Source: Balanoglossus misakiensis (taxonomy: Eukaryota; Animalia; Hemichordata). From it: a stretch of DNA of 64,000 nucleotides. Shown one piece after another: positions 1 through 13,927 of this stretch (positions are counted from its first letter, which is position 1; each line of letters opens with the position of its first letter). The notes under the pieces are model-generated. The model was not told the origin of the DNA. It did not search any database and saw nothing but the letters and a program-made list of their open reading frames with translations. The stretch covers positions 12,483,777-12,547,776 of the forward strand of contig CM082582.2 of the NCBI GenBank assembly GCA_040954595.2. Direction: 5' to 3'. Position numbers and translations under genes: made by a program.

Positions 1-3000
1 ATTTTGAAATTCCCGCAAAGTCGAAAAATTCTCATTTTTGGATGATTTTCATGAGCTATAACCATGATTTTTTCAAAAATCGGCCAAATTTTGAAATTCC
101 GCAAAGTCGAAAAATTCTCATTTTTGGATGATTTTCATGAGCTATAACCCATGATTTTTTCAAAAATCGGCCAAATTTTGAAATTCCGCAAAGTCGAAAA
201 ATTCTCATTTTTGGATGATTTTCATGAGCTATAACCCATGATTTTTTCAAATCGGCCAAATTTTGAAATTCCGCAAAGTCGAAAAATTCTCAATTTTTGG
301 ATGATTTTCATGAGCTATAACCCATGATTTTTTCAAAAATCGGCCAAATTTTGAAATTCCGCAAAGTCGAAAAATTCTCATTTTTGGATGATTTTCATGA
401 GCTATAACCCATGATTTTTTCAAAAATCGGCCAAATTTTGAAATTCCGCAAAGTCGAAAAATTCTCATTTTTGGATGATTTTCATGAGCTATAACCCATG
501 ATTTTTCAAAAATCGGCCAAATTTTGAAATTCCGCAAAGTCGAAAATTCTCATTTTTGGATGATTTTCATGAGCTATAACCCATGATTTTTTCAAAAATC
601 GGCCAAATTTGAAATTCCGCAAAGTCGAAAAATTCTCATTTTTGGATGATTTTCATGAGCTATAACCATGATTTTTTCAAAAATCGGCCAAATTTTGAAA
701 TTCCGCAAAGTCGAAAAATTCTCATTTTTGGATGATTTTCATGAGCTATAACCCATGATTTTTTCAAAAATCGGCCAAATTTTGAAATTCCGCAAAGTCG
801 AAAATTCTCATTTTTGGATGATTTTCATGAGCTATAACCCATGATTTTTTCAAAAATCGGCCAAATTTGAAATTCCGCAAAGTCGAAAATTCTCATTTTG
901 GATGATTTTCATGAGCTATAACCCATGATTTTTTCAAAAATCGGCCAAATTTTGAAATTCCGCAAAGTCGAAAATTTCTCATTTTTGGATGATTTTCATG
1001 AGCTATAACCCATGATTTTTTCAAAAATCGGCCAAATTTTGAAATTCCGCAAAGTCGAAAAATTCTCATTTTTGGATGATTTTCATGAGCTATAACCCAT
1101 GATTTTTTCAAAAATCGGCCAAATTTTGAAATTCCGCAAAGTCGAAAAATTCTCATTTTTGGATGATTTTCATGAGCTATAACCCATGATTTTTTCAAAA
1201 ATCGGCCAAATTTTGAAATTCCGCAAAGTCGAAAAATTCTCATTTTTGGATGATTTTCATGAGCTATAACCCATGATTTTTTCAAAAATCGGCCAAATTT
1301 TGAAATTCCGCAAAGTCGAAAAATTCTCATTTTTGGATGATTTTCATGAGCTATAACCATGATTTTTTCAAAAATCGGCCAAATTTTGAAATTCCGCAAA
1401 GTCGAAAAATTCTCATTTTTGGATGATTTTCATGAGCTATAACCCATGATTTTTCAAAAATCGGCCAAATTTTGAAATTCCGCAAAGTCGAAAATTCTCA
1501 TTTTTGGATGATTTTCATGAGCTATAACCCATGATTTTTTCAAAAATCGGCCAAATTTTGAAATTCCGCAAAGTCGAAAAATTCTCATTTTGGATGATTT
1601 TCATGAGCTATAACCCATGATTTTTTCAAAAATCGGCCAAATTTTGAAATTCCGCAAAGTCGAAAAATTCTCATTTTGGATGATTTTCATGAGCTATAAC
1701 CCATGATTTTTTTCAAAAATCGGCCAAATTTTGAAATTCCGCAAAGTCGAAAAATTCTCATTTTTGGATGATTTTCATGAGCTATAACCCATGATTTTTT
1801 CAAAAATCGGCCAAATTTTGAAATTCCGCAAAGTCGAAAAATTCTCATTTTTGGATGATTTTCATGAGCTATAACCCATGATTTTTTCAAAAATCGGCCA
1901 AATTTTGAAATTCCGCAAAGTCGAAAAATTCTCATTTTTGGATGATTTTCATGAGCTATAACCCATGATTTTTTCAAAAATCGGCCAAATTTTGAAATTC
2001 CGCAAAGTCGAAAAATTCTCATTTTTGGATGATTTTCATGAGCTATAACCCATGATTTTTTCAAAAATCGGCCAAATTTTGAAATTCCGCAAAGTCGAAA
2101 AATTCTCATTTTTGGATGATTTTCATGAGCTATAACCCATGATTTTTTCAAAAATCGGCCAAATTTTGAAATTCCGCAAAGTCGAAAAATTCTCATTTTG
2201 GATGATTTTCATGAGCTATAACCCATGATTTTTTCAAAAATCGGCCAAATTTTGAAATTCCGCAAAGTCGAAAAATTCTCATTTTTGGATGATTTTCATG
2301 AGCTATAACCCATGATTTTTTCAAAAATCGGCCAAATTTTGAAATTCCGCAAAGTCGAAAAATTCTCATTTTTGGATGATTTTCATGAGCTATAACCCAT
2401 GATTTTTTCAAAAATCGGCCAAATTTTGAAATTCCGCAAAGTCGAAAAATTCTCATTTTTGGATGATTTTCATGAGCTATAACCCATGATTTTTTCAAAA
2501 ATCGGCCAAATTTTGAAATTCCGCAAAAGTCGAAAAATTCTCATTTTTGGATGATTTTCATGAGCTATAACCCATGATTTTTTCAAAAATCGGCCAAATT
2601 TTGAAATTCCGCAAAGTCGAAAAATTCTCATTTTTGGATGATTTTCATGAGCTATAACCCATGATTTTTTCAAAAATCGGCCAAATTTTGAAATTCCGCA
2701 AAGTCGAAAATTCTCATTTTTGGATGATTTTCATGAGCTATAACCCATGATTTTTTCAAAAATCGGCCAAATTTTGAAATTCCGCAAAGTCGAAAAATTC
2801 TCATTTTTGGATGATTTTCATGAGCTATAACCCATGATTTTTTCAAAAATCGGCCAAATTTTGAAATTCCGCAAAGTCGAAAATTCTCATTTTTGGATGA
2901 TTTTCATGAGCTATAACCCATGATTTTTTCAAAAATCGGCCAAATTTTGAAATTCCGCAAAGTCGAAAAATTCTCATTTTTGGATGATTTTCATGAGCTA

Positions 3001-6000
3001 TAACCCATGATTTTTTCAAAAATCGGCCAAATTTTGAAATTCCGCAAAGTCGAAAAATTCTCATTTTTGGATGATTTTCATGAGCTATAACCCATGATTT
3101 TTTCAAAAATCGGCCAAATTTTGAAATTCCGCAAAGTCGAAAAATTCTCATTTTTGGATGATTTTCATGAGCTATAACCCATGATTTTTTCAAAAATCGG
3201 CCAAATTTTGAAATTCCGCAAAGTCGAAAATTCTCATTTTTGGATGATTTTCATGAGCTATAACCCATGATTTTTTCAAAAATCGGCCAAATTTTGAAAT
3301 TCCGCAAAGTCGAAAAATTCTCATTTTTGGATGATTTTCATGAGCTATAACCCATGATTTTTTCAAAAATCGGCCAAATTTGAAATTCCGCAAAGTCGAA
3401 AAATTCTCATTTTTGGATGATTTTCATGAGCTATAACCCATGATTTTTTCAAAAATCGGCCAAATTTTGAAATTCCGCAAAGTCGAAAAATTCTCATTTT
3501 TGGATGATTTTCATGAGCTATAACCCATGATTTTTTCAAAATCGGCCAAATTTTGAAATTACGCAAAGTCGAAAAATTCTCATTTTTGGATGATTTTCAT
3601 GAGCTATAACCCATGATTTTTTCAAAAATCGGCCAAATTTTGAAATTCCGCAAAGTCGAAAATTCTCATTTTTGGATGATTTTCATGAGCTATAACCCAT
3701 GATTTTTTTCAAAATCGGCCAAATTTTGAAATTCCGCAAAGTCGAAAAATTCTCATTTTTGGATGATTTTCATGAGCTATAACCCATGATTTTTTTCAAA
3801 AATCGGCCAAATTTTGAAATTCCGCAAAGTCGAAAAATTCTCATTTTTGGATGATTTTCATGAGCTATAACCCATGATTTTTCAAAAATCGGCCAAATTT
3901 TGAAATTCCGCAAAGTCGAAAATTTCTCATTTTTGGATGATTTTCATGAGCTATAACCCATGATTTTTTCAAAATCGGCCAAATTTTGAAATTCCGCAAA
4001 GTCGAAAAATTCTCATTTTTGGATGATTTTCATGAGCTATAACCCATGATTTTTTCAAAAATCGGCCAAATTTTGAAATTCCGCAAAGTCGAAAAATTCT
4101 CATTTTTGGATGATTTTCATGAGCTATAACCCATGATTTTTTCAAAAATCGGCCAAATTTTGAAATTCCGCAAAGTCGAAAAATTCTCATTTTTGGATGA
4201 TTTTCATGAGCTATAACCCATGATTTTTCAAAAATCGGCCAAATTTTGAAATTCCGCAAAGTCGAAAAATTCTCATTTTTGGATGATTTTCATGAGCTAT
4301 AACCCATGATTTTTTCAAAAATCGGCCAAATTTTGAAATTCCGCAAAGTCGAAAAATTCTCATTTTTGGATGATTTTCATGAGCTATAACCCATGATTTT
4401 TTCAAAAATCGGCCAAATTTTGAAATTCCGCAAAGTCGAAAATTCTCATTTTTGGATGATTTTCATGAGCTATAACCCATGATTTTTTCAAAAATCGGCC
4501 AAATTTTGAAATTCCGCAAAGTCGAAAAATTCTCATTTTTGGATGATTTTCATGAGCTATAACCCATGATTTTTCAAAAATCGGCCAAATTTTGAAATTC
4601 CGCAAAGTCGAAAAATTCTCATTTTTGGATGATTTTCATGAGCTATAACCCATGATTTTTTCAAAAATCGGCCAAATTTTGAAATTCCGCAAAGTCGAAA
4701 AATTCTCATTTTTGGATGATTTTCATGAGCTATAACCCATGATTTTTTCAAAAATCGGCCAAATTTGAAATTCCGCAAAGTCGAAAAATTCTCATTTTTG
4801 GATGATTTTCATGAGCTATAACCCATGATTTTTCAAAAATCGGCCAAATTTTGAAATTACGCAAAGTCGAAAAATTCTCATTTTGGATGATTTTCATGAG
4901 CTATAACCCATGATTTTTTCAAAAATCGGCCAAATTTTGAAATTCCGCAAAGTCGAAAATTCTCATTTTTGGATGATTTTCATGAGCTATAACCCATGAT
5001 TTTTTCAAAAATCGGCCAAATTTTGAAATTCCGCAAAGTCGAAAAATTCTCATTTTTGGATGATTTTCATGAGCTATAACCCATGATTTTTCAAAAATCG
5101 GCCAAATTTTGAAATTCCGCAAAGTCGAAAAATTCTCATTTTTGGATGATTTTCATGAGCTATAACCCATGATTTTTTCAAAAATCGGCCAAATTTTGAA
5201 ATTCCGCAAAGTCGAAAAATTCTCATTTTTGGATGATTTTCATGAGCTATAACCCATGATTTTTTCAAAAATCGGCCAAATTTTGAAATTCCGCAAAGTC
5301 GAAAAATTCTCATTTTTGGATGATTTTCATGAGCTATAACCCATGATTTTTTCAAAATCGGCCAAATTTTGAAATTCCGCAAAGTCGAAAAATTCTCATT
5401 TTTGGATGATTTTCATAAGCTATAACCCATGATTTTTTCAAAAATCGGCCAAATTTTGAAATTCCGCAAAGTCGAAAAATTCTCATTTTTGGATGATTTT
5501 CATGAGCTATAACCATGATTTTTTCAAAAATCGGCCAAATTTTGAAATTCCGCAAAGTCGAAAAATTCTCATTTTTGGATGATTTTCATGAGCTATAACC
5601 CATGATTTTTTCAAAAATGGGCCAAATTTTGAAATTCCGCAAAGTCGAAAAATTCTCATTTTTGGATGATTTTCATGAGCTATAACCCATGATTTTTTCA
5701 AAAATCGGCCAAATTTTGAAATTCCGCAAAGTCGAAAAATTCTCATTTTTGGATGATTTTCATGAGCTATAACCCATGATTTTTTCAAAAATCGGCCAAA
5801 TTTTGAAATTCCGCAAAGTCGAAAATTTCTCATTTTTGGATGATTTTCATGAGCTATAACCCATGATTTTTTCAAAAATCGGCCAAATTTTGAAATTCCG
5901 CAAAGTCGAAAATTTCTCATTTTTGGATGATTTTCATGAGCTATAACCCATGATTTTTTCAAAAATCGGCCAAATTTTGAAATTCCGCAAAGTCGAAAAA

Positions 6001-9000
6001 ATTCTCATTTTTGGATGATTTTCATGAGCTATAACCCATGATTTTTTCAAAAATCGGCCAAATTTTGAAATTCCGCAAAGTCGAAAAATTCTCATTTTTG
6101 GATGATTTTCATGAGCTATAACCCATGATTTTTTCAAAAATCGGCCAAATTTTGAAATTCCGCAAAGTCGAAAAATTCTCATTTTTGGATGATTTTCATG
6201 AGCTATAACCCATGATTTTTTTCAAAAATCGGCCAAATTTTGAAATTCCGCAAAGTCGAAAAATTCTCATTTTTGGATGATTTTCATGAGCTATAACCCA
6301 TGATTTTTTCAAAAATCGGCCAAATTTTGAAATTCCGCAAAGTCGAAAATTTCTCATTTTTGGATGATTTTCATGAGCTATAACCCATGATTTTTTCAAA
6401 ATCAGCCAAATTTTGAAATTCCGCAAAGTCGAAAAATTCTCATTTTTGGATGATTTTCATGAGCTATAACCCATGATTTTTCAAAAATCGGCCAAATTTT
6501 GAAATTCCGCAAAGTCGAAAAATTCTCATTTTTGGATGATTTTCATGAGCTATAACCCATGATTTTTTCAAAAATCGGCCAAATTTTGAAATTCCGCAAA
6601 GTCGAAAAATTCTCATTTTTGGATGATTTTCATGAGCTATAACCCATGATTTTTTCAAAAATCGGCCAAATTTTGAAATCTCGCAAAGTCGAAAAATTCT
6701 CATTTTTGGATGATTTTCATGAGCTATAACCCATGATTTTTTCAAAAATCGGCCAAATTTTGAAATTCCGCAAAGTCGAAAAATTCTCATTTTTGGATGA
6801 TTTTCATGAGCTATAACCCATGATTTTTCAAAAATCGGCCAAATTTTGAAATTCCGCAAAGTCGAAAAATTCTCATTTTTGGATGATTTTCATGAGCTAT
6901 AACCCATGATTTTTTCAAAAATCGGCCAAATTTTGAAATTCCGCAAAGTCGAAAAAATTCTCATTTTTGGATGATTTTCATGAGCTATAACCCATGATTT
7001 TTTCAAAAATCGGCCAAATTTTGAAATTCCGCAAAGTCGAAAAATTCTCATTTTTGGATGATTTTCATGAGCTATAACCCATGATTTTTTCAAAAATCGG
7101 CCAAATTTTGAAATTCCGCAAAGTCGAAAAATTCTCATTTTTGGATGATTTTCATGAGCTATAACCCATGATTTTTTCAAAAATCGGCCAAATTTTGAAA
7201 TTCCGCAAAGTCGAAAAATTCTCATTTTTGGATGATTTTCATGAGCTATAACCCATGATTTTTTCAAAAATCGGCCAAATTTTGAAATTCCGCAAAGTCG
7301 AAAAATTCTCATTTTTGGATGATTTTCATGAGCTATAACCCATGATTTTTTCAAAAATCGGCCAAATTTTGAAATTCCGCAAAGTCGAAAAATTCTCATT
7401 TTTGGATGATTTTCATGAGCTATAACCCATGATTTTTTCAAAAATCGGCCAAATTTTGAAATTCCGCAAAGTCGAAAAATTCTCATTTTTGGATAATTTT
7501 CATGAGCTATAACCCATGATTTTTTCAAAAATCGGCCAAATTTTGAAATTCCGCAAAGTCGAAAAATTCTCATTTTTGGATGATTTTCATGAGCTATAAC
7601 CCATGATTTTTTCAAAAATCGGCCAAATTTTGAAATTCCGCAAAGTCGAAAAATTCTCATTTTTGGATGATTTTCATGAGCTATAACCCATGATTTTTTC
7701 AAAATCGGCCAATTTTGAAATTCCGCAAAGTCGAAAATTCTCATTTTTGGATGATTTTCATGAGCTATAACCCATGATTTTTTCAAAAATCGGCCAAATT
7801 TTGAAATTCCGCAAAGTCGAAAAATTCTCATTTTTGGATGATTTTCATGAGCTATAACCCATGATTTTTTCAAAAATCGGCCAAATTTTGAAATTCCGCA
7901 AAGTCGAAAAATTCTCATTTTTGGATGATTTTCATGAGCTATAACCCATGATTTTTTCAAAATCGGCCAAATTTTGAAATTCCGCAAAGTCGAAAAATTC
8001 TCATTTTTGGATGATTTTCATGAGCTATAACCCATGATTTTTTCAAAAATCGGCCAATTTTGAAATTCCGCAAAGTCGAAAAATTCTCATTTTTGGATGA
8101 TTTTCATGAGCTATAACCCATGATTTTTCAAAAATTCGGCCAAATTTTGAAATTACGCAAAGTCGAAAAATTCTCATTTTTGGATGATTTTCATGAGCTA
8201 TAACCCATGATTTTTTCAAAAATCGGCCAAATTTTGAAATTCCGCAAAGTCGAAAAATTCTCATTTTTGGATGATTTTCATGAGCTATAACCCATGATTT
8301 TTTCAAAAATCGGCCAAATTTTGAAATTCCGCAAAGTCGAAAAATTCTCATTTTTGGATGATTTTCATGAGCTATAACCCATGATTTTTCAAAAATCGGC
8401 CAAATTTTGAAATTCCGCAAAGTCGAAAAATTCTCATTTTTGGATGATTTTCATGAGCTATAACCCATGATTTTTTCAAAAATCGGCCAAATTTTGAAAT
8501 TCCGCAAAGTCGAAAAATTCTCATTTTTGGATGATTTTCATGAGCTATAACCCATGATTTTTTCAAAAATCGGCCAAATTTTGAAATTCCGCAAAGTCGA
8601 AAATTTCTCATTTTTGGATGATTTTCATGAGCTATAACCCATGATTTTTTCAAAAATCGGCCAAATTTTGAAATTCCGCAAAGTCGAAAAATTCTCATTT
8701 TTGGATGATTTTCATGAGCTATAACCCATGATTTTTTCAAAAATCGGCCAAATTTTGAACTTCCGCAAAGTCGAAAAATTCTCATTTTTTGATGATTTTC
8801 ATGAGCTATAACCCATGATTTTTTCAAAAATCGGCCAAATTTTGAAATTCCGCAAAGTCGAAAATTTCTCATTTTTGGATGATTTTCATGAGCTATAACC
8901 CATGATTTTTTCAAAAATCGGCCAAATTTTGAAATTCCGCAAAGTCGAAAAATTCTCATTTTTGGATGATTTTCATGAGCTATACCCATGATTTTTTCAA

Positions 9001-10210
9001 AAATCGGCCAAATTTTGAAATTCCGCAAAGTCGAAAAATTCTCATTTTTGGATGATTTTCATGAGCTATAACCCATGATTTTTTCAAAAATCGGCCAAAT
9101 TTTGAAATTCCGCAAAGTCGAAAATTCTCATTTTTGGATGATTTTCATGAGCTATAACCCATGATTTTTTCAAAAATCGGCCAAATTTTGAAATTCCGCA
9201 AAGTCGAAAAATTCTCATTTTTGGATGATTTTCATGAGCTATAACCCATGATTTTTTCAAAAATCGGCCAAATTTTGAAATTCCGCAAAGTCGAAAAATT
9301 CTCATTTTTGGATGATTTTCATGAGCTATAACCCATGATTTTTTCAAAAATCGGCCAAATTTTGAAATTCCGCAAAGTCGAAAAATTCTCATTTTTGGAT
9401 GATTTTCATGAGCTATAACCCATGATTTTTTCAAAAATGGGCCAAATTTTGAAATTCCGCAAAGTCGAAAAATTCTCATTTTTGGATGATTTTCATGAGC
9501 TATAACCCATGATTTTTTCAAAAATCGGCCAAATTTTGAAATTCCGCAAAGTCGAAAAATTCTCATTTTTGGATGATTTTCATGAGCTATAACCCATGAT
9601 TTTTTCAAAAATCGGCCAAATTTTGAAATTCCGCAAAGTCGAAAAATTCTCATTTTTGGATGATTTTCATGAGCTATAACCCATGATTTTTTCAAAAATC
9701 GGCCAAATTTTGAAATTCCGCAAAGTCGAAAAATTCTCATTTTTGGATGATTTTCATGAGCTATAACCCATGATTTTTTCAAAAATCGGCCAAATTTTGA
9801 AATTACGCAAAGTCGAAAAATTCTCATTTTTGGATGATTTTCATGAGCTATAACCCATGATTTTTTCAAAAATCGGCCAAATTTTGAAATTCCGCAAAGT
9901 CGAAAAATTCTCATTTTTGGATGATTTTCATGAGCTATAACCCATGATTTTTTCAAAAATCGGCCAAATTTTGAAATTCCGCAAAGTCGAAAAATTCTCA
10001 TTTTTGGATGATTTTCATGAGCTATAACCCATGATTTTTTCAAAAATCGGCCAAATTTTGAAATTCCGCAAAGTCGAAAAATTCTCATTTTTGGATGATT
10101 TTCATGAGCTATAACCCATGATTTTTTCAAAAATCGGCCAAATTTTGAAATTCCGCAAAGTCGAAAAATTCTCATTTTTGGATGATTTTCATGAGCTATA
10201 ACCCATGGTT
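1..10210. repeat. 87-bp tandem satellite DNA array (~117 copies in window; continues beyond the left edge)
   Basis: Monomer ATTTTGAAATTCCGCAAAGTCGAAAAATTCTCATTTTTGGATGATTTTCATGAGCTATAACCCATGATTTTTTCAAAAATCGGCCAA repeated head-to-tail. The 29-aa periodicity of the minus-strand ORFs confirms the 87-bp period. Variation is mostly homopolymer indels. Confidence 0.98.
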
Positions 10211-10580
10211 TTTTCAAAAAAATGAAGAAATTTTGAAATTTAGCAAAGTCGAAAAATTGTCATTTTCGGATGATTTTCATGAGCTATAACCCATGGTTTT
10301 TTCAAAAAAGTGAAGAAATTTTGAAATTCCGCAAAGTCGAAAAATTGTCATTTTTGGATGATTTTCATGAGCTATATAACCCGTTTTTTTTTCAAAAAAG
10401 TGAAGAAATTTTGAAATTTCGCAAAGTCGAAAAATTGTCATTTTTGGATGATTTTCATGACCAAAATTTTCAAAGTCGAGAATTTGTCATTTTTTGAGAG
10501 GTCGTGAGCTTTAATCCATGCATCTGACATGAAAATGCCAAAACGACCAAAATTTTCAAAGTCGAGTATTTGTCATGAAC
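10211..10580. repeat. Diverged terminal copies of the satellite (array edge)
   Basis: About 3 variant monomers (AAGTGAAGAAATTTTG replaces AATCGGCCAAATTTTG; AATTGTCA replaces AATTCTCA), then remnants GACCAAAATTTTCAAAGTCGAG at ~10459 and ~10545. Confidence 0.85.
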
Positions 10581-10951
10581 GCTCAAAAAATGAGATTTTA
10601 TGTCACTTACTTGCCAAACCCGGTTTGAAATCTCATAGCATCCACTGGTCTTCACTCGGCCATGGAACACATACAAAACCCTTACCTCATGTAATCACAG
10701 ATGCATGGCCGGAATTATACAACTTACACACACACGCACAATAACAATTTTTACCATCATTTTGTCAATGTACTTCACCCCGCTTATCTGGTCCTCGACC
10801 CCTCTTCAATTATGAGACTTTCCTTATTTACTTTTCAACTTAAACGTGCTGATCAATATAACGTACAGCAGACCTCTCTCCACATTAAGGAGTTTGACCC
10901 TTTACATCAGCTTGGTCTTTGCCAGTTTCTGTGACTTGCTGTATATCAAAT

Positions 10952-13927
10952 ATGGCTTCCGATCTCAAATCTATCATAACTGGACGATTCAAAAGCATAT
11001 GTGACACATTCGATACTGGTGACTTTCAAAAGGTTGCAAGCTTCTACACCACAGACGTCAAATTCGTTAAACCGGGAAAGGCTCCTGTAACTGGGCGTGA
11101 TGGTAAGTACATGTAAAATGTCATTTTCAATGTTTTTAAGTAAATTGTTTGCACCAAATCTATGATTGTGGAAGTGTATAGCATCTATAAGTCCTTTGTC
11201 TATGCTTCCTGCTTTGTTTAATGACAACTGCTCATTAGGGGACCAAGCGCCCTCAGGCGCTTGGTCCCCTTCTGTTATTGCTGGAGTTTTTCTTCTTTCT
11301 TCTTGAGTCGTTTTTTGCTCCCGTTTTTCTCAAAATCGACGTGGCCTAGGACCTTGAAATTTGGCACGATGGTTGGGGCCCATGAGTACTGGTGCACCTG
11401 CCCTTTGAATTTTTAATTAGTCACGTGACTTGGTGACTATAATCGAGCGAAATTTTCAAATTGACCTAATTTGCACGTTAATGGGGGCATGTACATTCTT
11501 TTCGCGATTTTTGTAGATCATGTGGCCAAAATCCCCTGTGCCAAATTTCAAGGTCCTAGGCCACGTCGATTTTGAGAAGAAGATTTTTGTAATATTTTTC
11601 ACATTTTTTGGTGGGCTGAGGACGGACACTGGGGCATCGGACTTTGACCGTCATTACGTAATGTTGTGGAGATCTCATTAGCAGGCTACTCACTTCTGGC
11701 GGGTTGCAGTAGTCCTTGGAAAATCGGCTGAAATACGTAAACTGACCAGTGATTATTTTCCACGGAATGAATTTTGGGACAACACATTATCGGAGTTCAG
11801 GCTGTGTTAGGGCGTTTTATTGAATTACGCTGAGTTTGTTAGCTAATGCCGTTCAAATGTTTCTATCCAGACCCGGCTACACTGGTTAAATTCAATGTAA
11901 TGCGGCCGCGGACTTTGACCCTCAGTCGCTAATGTGGCCGAAATACATCAGCAGACCAGTGATTTTCTTGCACGTAGGGAGTATGGTACCAGCAATAATC
12001 AGAGATCAGGCTTCGTTGCCGTTCAAAAGTTCCTACTTCAGTCGTGACGTTGCAACTGGACGTTCAGTATGGGGGTCGGCCCACAGGTGGCCGTGGGGGT
12101 TATCAGGTCGCCCGTAATGGCACGCAGCTTCATGCAGCTGTATGGGACCAAAATACTAGTAATACGTCCGATTCGGGGGTCACCTGTGACACCTGTGTAA
12201 CTCAATTATGTGCGTAATTGTGGGGTCAATGAAAGGGATGCTAGCGTGGTATTTGTTGCACATGGATCAATTTGAAGTCCGATTTTCCTGTCAAGTTATG
12301 GGCGACCTTATGTGACATTTCACCTACTTTTGCTGAGTGAGCATCCATAGCAGATGCATGCAGCTTTGGCGTTGGGGGTGCGGGGGGCATATACGGATGG
12401 GACCATAATGATATACTAAAGGCGGGGTCCCCTGTTGCACCTGCCTAAGTCATTGATTTTGTACATTTAATTGGACACTAACCAACAGGGCAATATGTGT
12501 GGTTTTTGTTCCACAGGGACGAATGTAAGTGTCAGTTTGTTTTTGCCCAAATGTATAAGTTGATTTGGATGACCTCTGTCATACAGTGCCATATCTCAGC
12601 CCGTTGTACAGGTGCAGCTTTGGTATTTGGAGAGATGAAACTATCATGAAATGTCAAATACAGGGGGATACCTGCGACACCTGCTTGATTCATGTATTAC
12701 GTGCATACCTAATGGTAGGCAAAGTGAAAGGGCTGCAAATGTAGGATTTGTTGCACATGACATAAACAGGAATGAAAATTTTTTGTCAAATTTTTGGGTG
12801 ACCTCAGGTGTCCATTGACCTGCTTTCCATATGTTAGCACGCACATCATATATAGCCAGGTGTTTGGAGGGGTAGGGTAGGACCCTCTGCGTCATGAAAT
12901 GCTAAATTCCTGGGGCCACCTGTAACTTACTCGAGTAACTCATTATTATGGCCATATCTAATTTGACAAACCCAACCAGCGGGGATTTTCCGTTGTCTTG
13001 AATATGAACCAAATAAAAAAAATGTTGGGTACCCTCAGCTGACCTTTGAAGTATACTTACTGAAGTACTTACAACGTAGAAGTTCACCTTTGGTTGTTGT
13101 GTTTGTACTTGTTGTAGGACATGCATTTCGGGTGGTTGCCTACTTCCCCATATCTCAACATCGAGAGCAAATACATACGGCCTACGCATTTGAATGGTAC
13201 AACCCTGAATGGAGTCTAATGGTTATTAACTCTATGCTTGGGCCCCTTCAATGCTGCTTGCAGCTTTAATTTCTTTTGATTTTCCTTAATGAAATTTTGC
13301 TGATTCATCCTCGGGCGTACTTACAATGCTAAACAATGCTGCATTGTGACGGCTGTGTTAACTTACGTAAGGACAGATAGTTATAAGCCAACATCACGTG
13401 CCAGTGACACGAAATAATTCTCAGTCAGATTGTCTCTATGGAAACGCCAGTTTCATGACCATGCATTTTGTGACCTTTGCATCCTGGTATTTTGTTGGTA
13501 TCTGTTTATTATTTTAAATTGAAACTCCGGAGTTGCAATCATACTATTTAATTTGTGCACACTAAGTTACCATAGAACAAAATAATTATTTTTCTATGTT
13601 ACAAAACGGGGAAGAAAGCTATGAGAAAAAAAAAAGAGACTGCGTTCTTCAGTATTACTGATGTCGAATTTTATAATCAGAACGTTTTATGTCTTTTCCA
13701 CAGTTGTCATCCAATCGTGTGAGGAATCGGTTTCTACCGGAATGAAGATGTCAAGTCACGAAATCTTGCAAGTTGAGGGATCTGAGGATGGTCAGCTGGC
13801 ATACTCTCTGTTACGAATCGAGGTGAATGGCCGGGATGGTGCTAAAGTTGCAAGCGTCAACAACGTCTTGATCTGGAGGAAAGTGGACGGCGTGTATCAA
13901 GTTTGTGTCGAAATTTTCAACATGTAA
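10952..13927 (+). CDS. DUF4440/SnoaL-like (NTF2 fold, YybH-like) protein, paralog 1; 2 exons (10952-11102, 13704-13927), 124 aa
   Basis: MASDLKSII...FYTTDVKFVKPGKAPVTGRD|VVIQ...GQLAY...LIWRKVDGVYQVCVEIFNM*. GTAAGT donor at 11103 and CAG acceptor at 13701-13703; splicing is in frame. Exon 1 is 151 nt, as in the other two paralogs. Confidence 0.88.
11234..13271 (+). mobile_element. Non-autonomous Helentron-associated element (HINE/DINE-1-like) inside the intron of DUF4440 paralog 1
   Basis: 5' perfect 15-bp hairpin AGGGGACCAAGCGCC-ctca-GGCGCTTGGTCCCCT (11237-11270) followed by a (TCT)n-like microsatellite. 3' subterminal repeat GCTTGGGCCCCT (13236-13247, 1 mismatch to the 5' arm), short stem-loop GCTGC-TT-GCAGC (13253-13264) and T-rich end. 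No coding capacity seen. Confidence 0.75.
11327..11578. repeat. Perfect 41-bp inverted repeat within the HINE-like element
   Basis: 11327-11367 TTCTCAAAATCGACGTGGCCTAGGACCTTGAAATTTGGCAC; its exact reverse complement lies at 11538-11578. Confidence 0.9.

Noticed and set aside
1-10210. CRISPR array interpretation of the repeats
   Set aside because: There are no unique spacers or cas genes, and the context is eukaryotic.
56-10217. Minus-strand ORFs with 29-aa repeats (KKSWVIAHENHPKMRIFRLCGISKFGRFL)
   Set aside because: They are a by-product of an 87-bp (multiple of 3) satellite with one stop-free frame, constantly frameshifted by homopolymer indels.
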